64,000 nt of DNA from Carpediemonas membranifera BICM (lineage: Eukaryota; Protista; Fornicata). The stretch is from assembly GCA_019828565.1 (NCBI GenBank), contig JAHDYR010000038.1, forward strand, positions 326,735 through 390,734, in the 5' to 3' direction. Shown in pieces: positions 63,851 to 64,000 of the stretch. The notes under the pieces are model-generated. The model did no database searches. It was not told the origin of the DNA and was given only the letters and a program-made list of their open reading frames with translations. Positions within the stretch are counted from its first letter, which is position 1. Every line of letters starts with the position of its first letter. Made by a program: the position numbers and the translations under genes.

Positions 63851-64000
63851 GCCTCCGTAAGAGGAGGAGAACGTGCCTTCAGCACACGCGATACACGCGA
63901 CTGAGTCTATATCCCATGAAGATCCGGCCGGGCAGCGCTGGGCTGGGTCGGCGGCGATGCAGACGTCGGGGGGGACACCAAGGCGGGTGACATCGAGGAC

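Overview
Gene-dense, GC-rich eukaryotic DNA in the standard genetic code, with very short GT-AG introns (28-35 nt). Anaerobe-type genes (two hybrid cluster proteins, a flavodoxin-ferredoxin fusion) suggest an anaerobic protist such as a free-living fornicate/metamonad; this is inference. Host genes include a membrane class III cyclase, CRAL-TRIO, Nudix, TmcB-like, kelch-like, Nup85-like, RP2/TBCC, NTM1, Hpt, Arf-like, NOXRED1-like and surface proteins. Main points: (1) A non-LTR retrotransposon (47460-54550, 13-bp TSD, CTCAAAAA tail) whose polyprotein places an OTU-like cysteine protease and a Maelstrom/arenavirus-NP-like DEDDh zinc exonuclease in front of APE and RT. (2) It is nested in a Ty3/Gypsy chromovirus (45559-57196) with identical LTRs only 53 bp long and no canonical tRNA PBS, which itself abuts an IS630/Tc1 transposase fragment. 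(3) A decayed Fanzor (eukaryotic TnpB-like RNA-guided nuclease) at 41174-42720 whose RuvC-III motif lies behind an in-frame stop, followed by a hairpin-rich candidate omegaRNA. (4) A near-identical 0.6-0.75 kb upstream + N-terminal header cassette in five copies, fused to divergent RCC1-like bodies. (5) A 3.25-kb inverted duplication carrying hcp. All family calls come from motif recognition by eye; no searches were run.
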